Assembly: GCA_050613775.1 (NCBI GenBank)
Contig: JBODTK010000014.1
Coordinates: 1,240,001 to 1,304,000, forward strand
DNA length: 64,000 nt
Direction: 5' to 3'
From: Neocallimastix sp. 'constans'
Taxonomy: Eukaryota
Each line of letters opens with the position of its first letter. Positions within the stretch are counted from its first letter, which is position 1. Positions 11,522 to 23,408 of the stretch are shown here, piece by piece. Position numbers and translations under genes: made by a program. The notes beneath the pieces were generated by a model. The model had not been told where the DNA came from, made no database searches, and saw nothing but the letters and a program-made list of their open reading frames with translations.

Positions 11522-11594
11522 ATCCAAATAGTGTAGTGGTTATCACGTTTGCTTTACACGCAAAAGGTCTCCGGTTCGAACCCGGGTTTGGATA
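11522..11594 (+). tRNA. tRNA-Val (anticodon TAC)
   Basis: Cloverleaf: acceptor ATCCAAA/TTTGGAT, anticodon arm TTTGC-TTTACAC-GCAAA, T arm TCCGG-TTCGAAC-CCGGG; T5 terminator ~10 nt downstream. Confidence 0.95.
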
Positions 11595-11655
11595 TGATGT
11601 TTATTTTTATTTGTATTTTAAGTATATATAATTTTTCTTTTATATATATCAATTA

Positions 11656-12484
11656 TGTTACGGTTCGTAACAATTTTTGGATTATAATATTTTAACACTT
11701 CAAGAAATTAAATAAATAAATAAATATTTGTTTTATATAATTTTTATTAAAATTATTTCAAATTAAAAAATTAAAAAAAAAATGTTTTTTTTTTATTAAT
11801 TACTATCCTCTTAAAAAGTTATTTTAGAATTACATGTATTTATATTTTTTTTTACATTTAAAATTTGTTAAACCTATCTAAAATATTTTCTAAATATTTC
11901 TAACTAATTACTAAAATACAGTTTTAAATTGATTTTAAATTATTAATATAATTATTATTTATTTCTAATAAATAATAGTTATATATTATTTAATTATAAA
12001 AATTTATTATTATTTAAAATTAATAATATATATAAAAGAAAAATATAAAATTTATACAGAATTTTTAAATGTGGTTTAGTAAGTTTTTAGTAATTAAAAA
12101 TTACCAAAAAAAAATATGTTAAATTATCAATATAAAATTTAGTAATTAATTGAATTGATTTTTAGAAATTATAATAAATAATATATTTTAGAAAATATAA
12201 AATATTAATAATATTGATATAACTATATAATTAATATTAATAATAAAGTGATATTGATAATATATTGATATTAATAAAATAATTGAATATTAATAATAGT
12301 TTTTCATCTTAACTTGATATCAATAATATATAAAAATTTAATAATAAAATATTAATAATAAAATTTAATCATAGAATATAGGAAAGTTCCAAAGTATTGA
12401 AGAATAAAATAATTTATTTGAGTGGTTAGGTAAGAAAATACAATTCTAACTAAAATAATAAGATTATTTATTCATTCTTTATCA
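11656..12484 (-). mobile_element. Solo LTR related to the element-1 LTR; distal unit of array 2
   Basis: TGTTACGGTTC...TTCATTCTTTATCA; shares TTACATGTATTTATA, TGTGGTTTAGT and GGAAAGTTCCAA with the element-1 LTR; flanks do not match each other. Confidence 0.78.
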
Positions 12485-12489
12485 CGAAC

Positions 12490-13469
12490 TGTAAGAATCT
12501 ATAATTATTTTGTTAAAAATAATTATATTTTCTTAGTTAGGTTATAATTAATATAACTTTTACTTAACTCATATTTCATTTATACACCTAATTATAATTA
12601 ATAATTTATTTAATTATATATTAAAATTTTATTTAGTTTAATATTAAAAAATTTATTTAATTAAATAATTTTTATACATTTAAAATAATATTAAATTTAT
12701 TTAATTATTCACTTAATTATTAAATTTATTAGTTTTAGTTTTCTCTCACTTATTAAATCATAAACTAAAACACTATTCTGTATTCTATCATGTATTCCGT
12801 ATTGTATTAATCATGTATTTTATTATTAATGTATTGTTTTATATTTTTTATGTAAAGTTCTATAAAATAGAACTAAATAGATTAAATTTTAAATTTTATG
12901 ATCGAAATAATTTTCATTATTTTATTCTTTTATTTTCGATCATTATATTAGATTAAGTAATCGGTTAATTAAGGTTTTTCCAATTACTTCTTAAAAGTAA
13001 TCGGTTTTACTTAATTAACGCGATGATCGATATGGATAGAATATCGATCAAAAAACTTATCTAGGTTTTTCTTCTAGTCTTTTCCTAGATAAGAGATTTG
13101 TTAAGATTAGAACCCCTTTTGATTTTAACCTTATTTTGACAAAAAAGTATAAATAAGGCTCTTGAGTTCTCTTTGAGAAATCAAGAGTTATTATTATAAC
13201 AATTATAATATAATAATAATAACAATAGTTTTAACATTTAAAATTTCTAATAAATAATAAAACAAATTATTTTAATAAGACAAATTTTATAATTAAAACT
13301 TTTCTTTATCAATTTTAGTGTTTCGTCTATTATAATTCGTTATAATAAACTCGATAATTAGAAAGAACCATAGGTAAGTATGATTCTTTTCTAAACCTTT
13401 AATATTAGCAGTTAGAGCTAATATTAATGATTAATAATTTAATTATAATTTTTTAATTAAATTATTACA
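12490..13469. mobile_element. Solo LTR with 5-bp TSD CGAAC
   Basis: TGTAA...TTACA termini; CGAAC at 12485-12489 and 13470-13474; relatives at ~1200 and ~33000-33250. Confidence 0.85.
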
Positions 13470-13474
13470 CGAAC

Positions 13475-14040
13475 TGGGACGTAATGCTCTATATTAATTA
13501 TTTTTATAATATTTTATTTATTTTTATTTTATTTTATTAATATTATTATTTTTTCCTAAAAATTTATTTTTGTAAAATTTCCTATTTATATATGTTTTTT
13601 TTTTTTTAAAATTTAATTTAATATTTTTTTATATTATTTGATTATTTTCCTAATTTTTATTTTATAATTTTTATACAATTTAATTGTTAATATAAATTGA
13701 ATTAATATATTTTAACTAAATATACCTTAAAAATAATAAACAATATTTATTTTAAATACATATTAAAAATAATTAAAAATATTTATTTTAAATACATATT
13801 ATTTAGAAATATTAGTAATTTAAAATTATTTAACTATTTAGTTTATTATTTACATAAATAAAAATACTAACTTTTAATTAAAAATATACTTTAATTTAAT
13901 AATTTAATTGTTTGTTAAATAAATATCATTATTTATTTACTTATTCATATAAACTAATTAAATATAAATTTAAATAATTTAAATTTTTTTTTTTTTTTTT
14001 AAATTTAAGAAATTCATATTTTTCTGAACGTAACGTTCCA
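13475..14040. mobile_element. Solo LTR-like unit (566 bp), GAAC TSD
   Basis: TGGGACGTAATG...CGTAACGTTCCA imperfect inverted termini; GAAC on both sides. Confidence 0.75.
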
Positions 14041-14044
14041 GAAC

Positions 14045-14640
14045 TGATACAATATAAGTAATAAAGTATCAAATTTCTATTTATAACGAGGTCAAGCAAA
14101 TAGGGAATTTGTAAAATAATATATTCCAACTCAAAGATAATAAATAATAATTTACACAAATAATAAAATTTATTTATTTCTTTTTAAATCTTGTTTTCAT
14201 TTATTTATTTATTTTACATGAATTAATACAATTATATTTATATTCCTCTGAATATAATGATTTTTATCTATCTCTAATAATTCAATTTATATTAATATCG
14301 TAATAATAATTTTACTTATAATTGTAGGATTCAACTCTTATCCTTTAACTATAAGTAATTACTTAATTATTTAAACTAAACTATAAGTTCTCTAAAACTA
14401 TTATTTTACTCAATTAGAATTTTTTAAAACAACAAGAAAACTCTCTCTTTAACTTTTATTTCATTCTTCTTTTAAATTTATTAATTAATTTTATCTTGAA
14501 TATTATTGGCTTTCTAATTAATTTTAATCTATTTTATATAATGATTTAGTATATTATATATTGTAATTATTTTTCACTATATTATTATAGGATTTTCTCT
14601 ATTGTTAATTTTCTTGCATATTTCTAGCTGTATTGTATCA
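14045..14640 (-). repeat. 3' LTR of element 2
   Basis: 596-bp direct repeat of 21403-21997; PPT-like tract at 14641-14656. Confidence 0.95.
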
Positions 14641-14766
14641 AAACGCCCCCACTTAGTCTTGACTTCGTCCCTTGAAGTCTATTACTTGGGTATTTAGATA
14701 CAATTTATATAATTTTTTTTTTTTTTTTTTTTTTTATTAAATTTATAATGATTTACAAAATATAAA

Positions 14767-14809
<43 letters not shown>

Positions 14810-15661
14810 GTAAGTCTTTATTTTATTTTTGTTATATATATTGAATAATTTTAACTTAACTTTGAAATTGAAATTGAAATGAGATTTTGAAATTTAAATT
14901 TTGGAAATTTAAAATTGAATTATTAATTTATTTTTATTCTAAATATTTATATAGATGTATTTATAATTTTCTTATGTATATTGTTTATATCTTAACGTGT
15001 CATTCATAATGTGATTTATTTGCGTTGTCATTTAAAATAAAATATATAAATAATAATAAAAGAAAATAATTGAATCTTGTATTGTAGTTTAACTATTATT
15101 AGAGTGTTAAGTATATATATATATATCTTCTCAATTATTAATATTAATAATATTATTTATCATTATTATTATGATATTATTTATTTTCCAAAATAAATTA
15201 TTTTTAAATTATTTTTCTATGTATATATATTATATCTTTGTTATTCATAAAGTGTCGTAATAAATTATATTATACTATTATACTATATATCATTTATTTT
15301 ATTATCTATCTCATATTATATTACCTAAGTCCTATATAAATTTGTTTATACTATATATCATTTATTTTATTATCTATCTCTTATTATATTACCTAAGTCC
15401 TATATATAAATTTGTTTATACTATGTATCATTTATTTTATTATCTATTATATATATTGTTTTATATATTTTGTTCTATTATATATATTATCCTTTCTTAT
15501 ATCTTATTACTATTATCCTATATGTTATTATACTATTTATTTATTTATTATACTATTATATATATTTATTTATTAAATATTTTTATTATTTATTGTATAT
15601 GATTACTGTTGTTTATTTATATATATACTATCATATTATTGATTATTACTATTCAATTTAC

Positions 15662-15702
<41 letters not shown>

Positions 15703-15832
15703 ATTATTATTTTTTTTTTTTTTTTATTTTTATTTTTTTTTTATTTTTTAATTAATTAATTATGATTTATAAAATATATATATATATTTTATACCTATCT
15801 GATTATATTTATATATTTATACGTTATATATT

Positions 15833-18800
15833 TTATTCTTCATCATCATCTATATTTATTTCCGTGAAGTATGGAATAATGTTCTTCAAATGGATGTTTC
15901 TATCAGCAACTTCTCCTGTAATTGGGTCACAAACGGATACAGTGTTTAATTCTTGTTTTATAATCTTCAAAGGACCTGTAAAGAATGGGTCGAGTTTTCT
16001 TCTGTTAAACACCTTCACTAGTACCAAGTCACCAGGTTTATAATTGCTCTTTAAACGTCTAATTTGTTTTCTTCTGTCCATCCAAAGTTTATTCGTGGTC
16101 TCAATGTTTCTAATAGCTTCCCGGATCCATCTATCATGGGTAATGAACTTCCTTAATATATATTCTTCTTCGTTTTCGAATTCGTTTCTCCGGTCTATAT
16201 TCAAAGATAATTCAAAAGGCTGAAGATCTCTACGGCCATACAATAATTCGAAACTACTGTGTTTCGTAACTTCGCTTTTGCTCGTTCTTAGTGCCCATAA
16301 CGCGCTATATAGTGTTTCATCCCATTGTTTATCGTTCTCACCCAGTAGTCTAAGGTATTTACAGATCTCACGGTTGCGGTTTTCCACCTCCCCGTTTGAG
16401 GCAGGATGATATGTTGCAATGTATTGCACATATACATCATGCAAATCCAAAAATGCTTTTGTCTTATCCGATACGAATTGTGGACCATTATCCGTAACCA
16501 AAACTTCAGGAATTCCATGACGCGAGAACACCGACTTTAAAAACCTAATAACGTCTTCGGATTCAGTAGATTTAAGTGGTTCAGCTTCAGTCCACTTTGT
16601 AAAATAGTCTACAAGTACAATTATATATTTATTTCCGTTTTTGGTGAGAGGAAGGGGCCCAACCAGATCTAATCCAACTCTGGAGAATGGATATCCTGGT
16701 GGTGTCGCAATATTTTCAGTGTAGTGGTTAAGTGGTTGTCGTCGACAAGTTTGACACTTATGACAACATTTAATGAAGTTAGTTATATCTTGTTTCATGT
16801 TCATCCAGTAATAGTCTCTCATTAAACGATAATAAGTCTTAAAAATTCCTTCATGTCCTATGTTATGTGCTGCATTAATAAGTTTTATTTGTTCAGTTTT
16901 ATCTTTAATAATCCTTCTGAGCTTACCATCTTGTTTATAATACTCAATACCATTTATATTAATAATTTTCTTTTTAATAAATTCTCTCATATATGTGTTA
17001 ATAGTATCAGAGTCCGAATCCGCAACAACATTAGAAGGTAAATTATTATTAGTAGTAATTATATTAATAGTTTCTACAGGTTGATCCGAAACAGGTTTGT
17101 AAGAAGAAATATTATTCATAATTAAATCATTATTATTAATATTATTATTATTATCATCATTACTAACTGTTACCATTCTTGATAGTGCATCAGCAACAAA
17201 ATTATTTTTGCCTTCTTCATATGCTACTTGAACATTTAAAATACTGAGTTCAGTAATCCATTTCAAGTGACGGCTGTTGGTTGGTTCTCTCTTAGCAAAT
17301 ATATATACAAGTGGTTTATGATCAGTATAAACCATTGTATTAAACGGACTTCCAGAAATATATGGTTTAAACTTTTGAACACAGTGATAAACTGCTTTTC
17401 CTTCAAGGTCTGTTATGCTATAGTTAAGTTCTGAGTTGGCTAAGGTACGACTTTCAAAGTAAATTGGGACTTCTATACCATCTTGGTTCTTTTGTAACAA
17501 TACACCTCCTAGACCATCACGAGAAGCGTCAGTTCTAATATTAAACGGTTTTGAATAATTAGGAGCTGTTAAAATAGGTGCTTCAATTAGCTTATTCTTT
17601 AATAAATGAAATGAATTAATACAATCTTCCGTCCAACAAAAAGGTGCGTCTTTCTTCAATAGTTGATATAAAGGCTTTGCAATCATGGCGAAATTTTTAA
17701 TAAATTTTCTATAATACGAAACTGCTCCTAAAAACGACCTTACCTGTTTCAAATTCTTCGGAGGTAGCCATTGTGATATAACCTTTACCTTGTCATTTAA
17801 AGGAGATAATCCTTTTGTCGAAAGCAGATGCCCTAAGATTTTGACTTCAGTTTGAAAGAAAGAACATTTTTCTAAATTTATTTTTAATTCATTTTCTTGT
17901 AAAATTGTAAATACCTTATGTAAGTGACAAATATGTTCATCTAAAGACTTTGAAAATATAATTAGATCATCAATATACACGAACATGCAGTCTCCTATTA
18001 AATCAAAGAAGATACGATTCATCTCTCTTTGAAAAGTGGCGGGGGCATTGCAAAGTCCAAAGGGCATTACACGGAAGTTGTAGTTGCTAAACATAGTTGT
18101 AAAAGCGGTTTTATCCTTATCGGCTGTATCCATGGGAATCTGGTGATATCCAGAGTACAAATCAATAGTGGATAGAATTTTTATGTTATCACCAGAAAAT
18201 GATAGAATATCGTCAATAAGAGGTAAAGCATACGAATCTTTTATAGTTAAATCATTTAATTTCCGATAATCTACACATAACCTCCAATCTTTATTCTTTT
18301 TTGGGACTAAAACAATAGGTGAAGACCATTGGGAAGAGGATGGTTCGATAAGCCAGTCTCTAATTAGTTTCTTCAGTATTTTCTTTAAAGCTATGGTTTG
18401 ATTTTTGGTTAATCGATAGGCTCTTTGTTTTATGGGTCTTGACCCAGGTAATAAATTTATTTTATGTGGGAATAACTTCGATTTTCCCAATTCGTCGGTT
18501 TTTAAAGCTAATATTTTAATAAATTTTTGAAACATTTCTTTAACTTCTTTTTGAACATTAGATGGTAATGAATTAACAATTTTATCAATTATTTCATTTT
18601 TATTTGGTTTAGGATCTTCTTGTTTATTAAAGTCTGTGTTATTTACCACTAAGGTGCACAATAAAGGCTGAGGATCTAAATCTTCTGTATTAACATTATC
18701 ATCTTGATTCATGGGACGAGTGTCATATTGTAGATCTGATAGTTTATGGTAATTATTATTGTTATCAACATAGTACAGAGTATCATTAACAAAATCTAAA

Positions 18801-19933
18801 ATAAATCTATTCTTTTTTAAAGAATCAACTCCAATTAATATGTCAAATAAATTATCCTTTTCTATTATTCTGAAATAATCTTTGAATGATTTGTTCCCAA
18901 TTGTTATTTCTAATTCTATAATTTCGGATTGTACGGATGTTTCGGAACAGGCTTGTACTATGGTTTCATTGATAGTTTCTAAGGTAGGTTTGTTAATTTT
19001 TAATTTTTGTAAAGCTGAGCGAGTAATTATATTAAGACTCGCACAAGTGTCCAAAAATATTTCAGTATCGGCACCTTCTACTTTCCCTTTTGTTTTACTA
19101 ATTTTAAATTTACTAAATATTGATAATAGAGTGCTTGTAGAATTTCTAGGATTTAATTTTAAAGCTTTCGAAAAGGCTGCCCTAAACTTCGGAAATAAAT
19201 CAAGTAAGTGTACTAATTTAGTATTAATTTCAGTAGAAGCTATTTCTTTAACTAAATCTTCTATCAGATATTCGTCAAATTCTTCTACTAATTTTATGTG
19301 CCTTTCTTTATTTTCTTCTTTATTATTCATTTTATTATCACCTTGTGTGGGACTATCTAAAATTTCTTGTGCTCTTTTTAATTTATTAGATTTCTTCACA
19401 CTCCTGATATTCTTTTCGGTAATAAAGGAAGGATCTAGGTAGTTTAATTTTTCTGTTTCATTAATAGGTAAGTCATCATTATTCTCAATTTGGTTATTAC
19501 CTTCTTGAATTTCATTGTTATCATTCTCATTATATATTGAAGTATTATTACTCTCATTAGTATTTTTATTAAAATCTTGATTGCTTTTTTCAGACATTAA
19601 GACATCTTCTTCGCCCTTGTCTGATATAGTATTACTTTTTAATTTATTTAATTTATTGTTATGTTTATTAGTATTAGTTAATTGTTTATTTTTATTATTT
19701 GAACTCACTAAATGATTATTATGATTCATTGCTGTTGTTTGTATAGGAATTGGATTGTTCTTTAATATTTCTCTTCTAGATGGTGTAAGATTCTTACTTT
19801 TTGTTTTGGTATTCTTGATGGCGGTAGCAATGACTTCAGGTGAGTTGTTAATTATTGGAAGTGTCTTTGGGTTATTTTCTACTTGGTTGGTTTGTTTACT
19901 GGGAGTCATCCTTCTCCCAATTATTGGTTTAAA
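15833..19933 (-). CDS. pol: Pol polyprotein of element 2 (PR-RT-RH-IN, no chromodomain)
   Basis: 1358-aa ORF with FLDTCAS, WRLCVDYR, YIDD, TDAS, HHCC, LDLVGP...TDNG...E and LDPFFTGP; frame open to the slippery site at 19927-19933. Confidence 0.95.
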   Translation of the reverse strand, partial: FKPIIGRRMTPSKQTNQVENNPKTLPIINNSPEVIATAIKNTKTKSKNLTPSRREILKNNPIPIQTTAMNHNNHLVSSNNKNKQLTNTNKHNNKLNKLKSNTISDKGEEDVLMSEKSNQDFNKNTNESNNTSIYNENDNNEIQEGNNQIENNDDLPINETEKLNYLDPSFITEKNIRSVKKSNKLKRAQEILDSPTQGDNKMNNKEENKERHIKLVEEFDEYLIEDLVKEIASTEINTKLVHLLDLFPKFRAAFSKALKLNPRNSTSTLLSIFSKFKISKTKGKVEGADTEIFLDTCASLNIITRSALQKLKINKPTLETINETIVQACSETSVQSEIIELEITIGNKSFKDYFRIIEKDNLFDILIGVDSLKKNRFILDFVNDTLYYVDNNNNYHKLSDLQYDTRPMNQDDNVNTEDLDPQPLLCTLVVNNTDFNKQEDPKPNKNEIIDKIVNSLPSNVQKEVKEMFQKFIKILALKTDELGKSKLFPHKINLLPGSRPIKQRAYRLTKNQTIALKKILKKLIRDWLIEPSSSQWSSPIVLVPKKNKDWRLCVDYRKLNDLTIKDSYALPLIDDILSFSGDNIKILSTIDLYSGYHQIPMDTADKDKTAFTTMFSNYNFRVMPFGLCNAPATFQREMNRIFFDLIGDCMFVYIDDLIIFSKSLDEHICHLHKVFTILQENELKINLEKCSFFQTEVKILGHLLSTKGLSPLNDKVKVISQWLPPKNLKQVRSFLGAVSYYRKFIKNFAMIAKPLYQLLKKDAPFCWTEDCINSFHLLKNKLIEAPILTAPNYSKPFNIRTDASRDGLGGVLLQKNQDGIEVPIYFESRTLANSELNYSITDLEGKAVYHCVQKFKPYISGSPFNTMVYTDHKPLVYIFAKREPTNSRHLKWITELSILNVQVAYEEGKNNFVADALSRMVTVSNDDNNNNINNNDLIMNNISSYKPVSDQPVETINIITTNNNLPSNVVADSDSDTINTYMREFIKKKIININGIEYYKQDGKLRRIIKDKTEQIKLINAAHNIGHEGIFKTYYRLMRDYYWMNMKQDITNFIKCCHKCQTCRRQPLNHYTENIATPPGYPFSRVGLDLVGPLPLTKNGNKYIIVLVDYFTKWTEAEPLKSTESEDVIRFLKSVFSRHGIPEVLVTDNGPQFVSDKTKAFLDLHDVYVQYIATYHPASNGEVENRNREICKYLRLLGENDKQWDETLYSALWALRTSKSEVTKHSSFELLYGRRDLQPFELSLNIDRRNEFENEEEYILRKFITHDRWIREAIRNIETTNKLWMDRRKQIRRLKSNYKPGDLVLVKVFNRRKLDPFFTGPLKIIKQELNTVSVCDPITGEVADRNIHLKNIIPYFTEINIDDDEE

Positions 19934-21066
19934 TGGCTAGTACTACTTGATGCTTTTTCTTCCATTTCTGCAAGTTGTTTAAAGGAATAGGGGCAATCCG
20001 TAAATTTGTGTCCCGGTTGTGAGCAACGGAAACAGATAAGTCGTTTATTTAAATTATTACCAAAATTGGAAGTATTAACCTCCTTAATTTGATTATTATT
20101 TTTGTTATCACCATTTAAGTTAGTGATCGACATGAGATTATTTCCAGGGGTAAAGGCCGCAATTTTTCGTTTGTTATTACCGTAAGATTGATTATTATTT
20201 TCCATATAGTTTCTATAGTTATTAAAATTTTGACTGTTATATTTTGAATTAGTATTATTATTAATTCCATTTACATTATTATAAGTATTTCCATTGAGGT
20301 TTTTATTATTATAATAATTATTATAGTTACTATAATATTGACTATTATTATTATTATCTTTATATCCATAAGTGTTATAATTATTATAATTAGGATTAAA
20401 ATATCTCTGGATGCCACGACGACGGGATTGTCCTACTAAAAATCCTTGATAGAATGGGTGATTCATAATCGATAAACCTCTGTTATTCTGAGCTATCATC
20501 AAATTATTACTATGATAATTATTTTCATTGAATGAAACTGTATTCATCTCTCTCTCTGTTTCTTCTGCAACCTCAGCTACCTTGTAAGCTTCGCTTAATG
20601 TTTCACATTCAGCCTCCAATACTCTTGAGCAAGGATACATTCGAGTTTTTATTGCATTTATGTAGTCTTTTACGGAGACAAATTGTTGACGGTCTCTGCT
20701 TAGCCTGTGATATAATCTTTTATGTCTATAATTAAATTTTTTTATTGTTTCATTGTTACTAATTTTTAAATCCTTTAGAATAGAACATTTATCATTTTCA
20801 GTGATGTTTAAGTATTCTTCGATGCACGATTGAAATTTCTTAAGGGAAGGATATTTCACTTCATTTCCCTTTTTCACTTTAAGAGAATTCAAATCTCCAT
20901 GTACATCTTCATCTGTGGCTTCTAATACCCAAATGAAGATCTTTCTTGGTTCGACGATGTCATATAATTCTAGGGTTTTAGCTAAGTCGCTAATCCAAGT
21001 ATCAACGTCTTTGTCATAATCGTTCAAGCGAGGTAGAACCCTTTGTAACTTTTCGGCATCAATCAT
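19921..21066 (-). CDS. gag: Gag of element 2
   Basis: 381-aa ORF with an Asn-rich linker and the CCHC knuckle CFRCSQPGHKFTDC. Confidence 0.9.
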   Translation of the reverse strand: MIDAEKLQRVLPRLNDYDKDVDTWISDLAKTLELYDIVEPRKIFIWVLEATDEDVHGDLNSLKVKKGNEVKYPSLKKFQSCIEEYLNITENDKCSILKDLKISNNETIKKFNYRHKRLYHRLSRDRQQFVSVKDYINAIKTRMYPCSRVLEAECETLSEAYKVAEVAEETEREMNTVSFNENNYHSNNLMIAQNNRGLSIMNHPFYQGFLVGQSRRRGIQRYFNPNYNNYNTYGYKDNNNNSQYYSNYNNYYNNKNLNGNTYNNVNGINNNTNSKYNSQNFNNYRNYMENNNQSYGNNKRKIAAFTPGNNLMSITNLNGDNKNNNQIKEVNTSNFGNNLNKRLICFRCSQPGHKFTDCPYSFKQLAEMEEKASSSTSHLNQ

Positions 21067-21376
21067 TTTTTTTATAATTAATGTTAATGTAAATTGTTAA
21101 ATGTAGAATTAAGAATAGGTAGAATATTTGTAATTAAATTTTTATATTATTGATATATTATATACTATGATTAATAAAGTATTTTATTTGTAAAAAAAAA
21201 TTTTAAAAAAAGAAAATAAAGAAAAATAAAATAAGATAAAATAAAATAAAAAAAAAATCTAAATTTTTTTTTTGAAAGGTTTGTTTTATTAGAAAGAAAT
21301 TAAATCGATATTATTCAAACTATTATTTAATTATTATTATTTTCTTTTCATTGTTTTCATATTATTTTATTTTGCT

Positions 21377-21394
21377 CGCCCGGATTCTCCACCA
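21377..21394 (-). other. Primer-binding site, tRNA-Ala-like
   Basis: Plus strand CGCCCGGATTCTCCACCA resembles the 3' end of eukaryotic tRNA-Ala(AGC); 8 nt from the LTR. Confidence 0.75.
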
Positions 21395-21402
21395 AAAATT
21401 TA

Positions 21403-21997
21403 TGATACAATATAAGTAATAAAGTATCAAATTTCTATTTTTAACGAGGTCAAGCAAATAGGGAATTTGTAAAATAATATATTCCAACTCAAAGATAATA
21501 AATAATAATTTACACAAATAATAAAATTTATTTATTTCTTTTTAAATCTTGTTTTCATTTATTTATTTATTTTACATGAATTAATACAATTATATTTATA
21601 TTCCTCTGAATATAATGATTTTTATCTATCTCTAATAATTCAATTTATATTAATATCGTAATAATAATTTTACTTATAATTGTAGGATTCAACTCTTATC
21701 CTTTAACTATAAGTAATTACTTAATTATTTAAACTAAACTATAAGTTCTCTAAAACTATTATTTTACTCAATTAGAATTTTTTAAAACAACAAGAAAACT
21801 CTCTCTTTAACTTTTATTTCATTCTTCTTTTAAATTTATTAATTAATTTTATCTTGAATATTATTGGCTGTCTAATTAATTTTAATCTATTTATATAATG
21901 ATTTAGTATATTATATATTGTAATTATTTTTCACTATATTATTATAGGATTTTCTCTATTGTTAATTTTCTTGCATATTTCTAGCTGTATTGTATCA
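21403..21997 (-). repeat. 5' LTR of element 2
   Basis: Direct repeat of 14045-14640, next to the PBS. Confidence 0.95.
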
Positions 21998-22001
21998 GAA
22001 C

Positions 22002-23404
22002 TGATACGGGCTGGGGTTGAAACACTAAGATATTCAAAACAAAAAAAAATAAATATTAACACATAACTATAAAAATAAATTTGGAAACAAGAAAAAAAAT
22101 TAAATTTTAAAATATTCTTTATTTAAATTTAAAATTAAAATTATTTGTTCCCAGTATTAAAAAGAAAGAAATTTATTCTTCTTTTTATACTTTTATTTTA
22201 ATACATTTTATTTATTATTAATATATTCTTTATAAAAAAAAACTATTATAACTATTTTATTTTAATTTTTAACTATTATTTTAAATTATTTTTTAAAAAA
22301 AAAATAACATTTATTAAATTAAAATATAAAAAATTAATTTGGAGCTTGTATCACGAAGGGCATTCCGGGCGGTAGCTTCTTCTTGATATTGTTATTCAGA
22401 GAGAGAATTATACAGAATTGATATTTTCTGTATTTTAGATCATTTTTATTATTGGAATTCTTCTGTATTTTAGTTCATTTTTATTTTAATAAAGATTTAA
22501 TTTATTTTTAATTTTTGTTTTATTTTTAGTTTATTTCAAAGGTTTTAGAAAATATTATACAGAAACTTATAATTCTGTATTTTACATCAAATATTTATTG
22601 AAATAGGATTTTATTATTCTTAATATAAAAATAAGAATTAGTAATGATTTAAATATTATATAATTTTTAATAAGAATATTTAGTAATAATTTTTATTATA
22701 TTTAATATTAATAAAATATTTAATAATTATTTTTATTAGATTTGATATTAATAAAAGATTTTAATAAGAATATTTAATAATAATTTTTATTATATTTAAT
22801 ATTAATAAAAGAATTTTATAAGAATATTTAATAATAATTTTTATTATAAAAGATTTTAATAAGAATATTTAATAATAATTTTTATTATATTTGATATTAA
22901 TAAAAGATTTTAATAAGAATATTTAATAATAATTTTTATTAGATTTGATATTAATAAAAGAATTTTATAAGAATATTTAATAATAATTTTTATTATAAAA
23001 GATTTTAATAAGAATATTTAATAATAATTTTTATTATATTTGATATTAATAAAAGATTTTAATAAGAATATTTAATAATAATTTTTATTAGATTTGATAT
23101 TAATAAAAGAATTTTATAAGAATATTTAATAATAATTTTTATTATAAAAGATTTTAATAAGAATATTTAATAATAATTTTTATTATATTTAATATTAATA
23201 AAAGAAATTTATAAGAATATTTAATAATAATTTTTATTATATTTAATATTAATAAAAGAATTTTATAAGAATATTTAATAATAATTTTTATTATATTTAA
23301 TATTAATAAAAGAAATTTATAAGAATATTTAATAATAACTTTATTTTATTATTATTAAGAGTATTTAATAGGAAATACAAGGTATTTAGTGACACCCCGT
23401 ATCA
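22002..23404. mobile_element. Solo LTR-like unit with internal ~40-54 bp minisatellite
   Basis: TGATACGGG...CCCGTATCA termini; GAAC on both sides; near-identical to 24202-25396. Confidence 0.85.
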
Positions 23405-23408
23405 GAAC

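Larger units (their letters stand above)
14045..21997 (-). mobile_element. Full-length, apparently intact Ty3/gypsy retrotransposon (element 2)
   Basis: LTRs at 14045-14640 and 21403-21997 (TGATACAATA...TATTGTATCA; ~3 differences by eye); uninterrupted gag and pol; PBS and PPT-like tract; GAAC TSD at 14041-14044 and 21998-22001. Confidence 0.97.

Noticed and set aside
11574..11583. CGAAC spacer derived from the tRNA T-loop (TTCGAAC)
   Set aside because: Both tRNAs are intact and GAAC/GAAT sits in the upstream flank at -14..-11; the GTGT array shows spacers are locus-specific.
14660..15830. env-like or extra gene in the long 3' region of element 2
   Set aside because: No sense-strand ORF; low complexity with short internal duplications.
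18882..19442. Antisense ORFs within gag/pol (also 6082-6288, 8304-8510, 8853-9197)
   Set aside because: Shadow frames of real minus-strand genes with no recognisable motifs.
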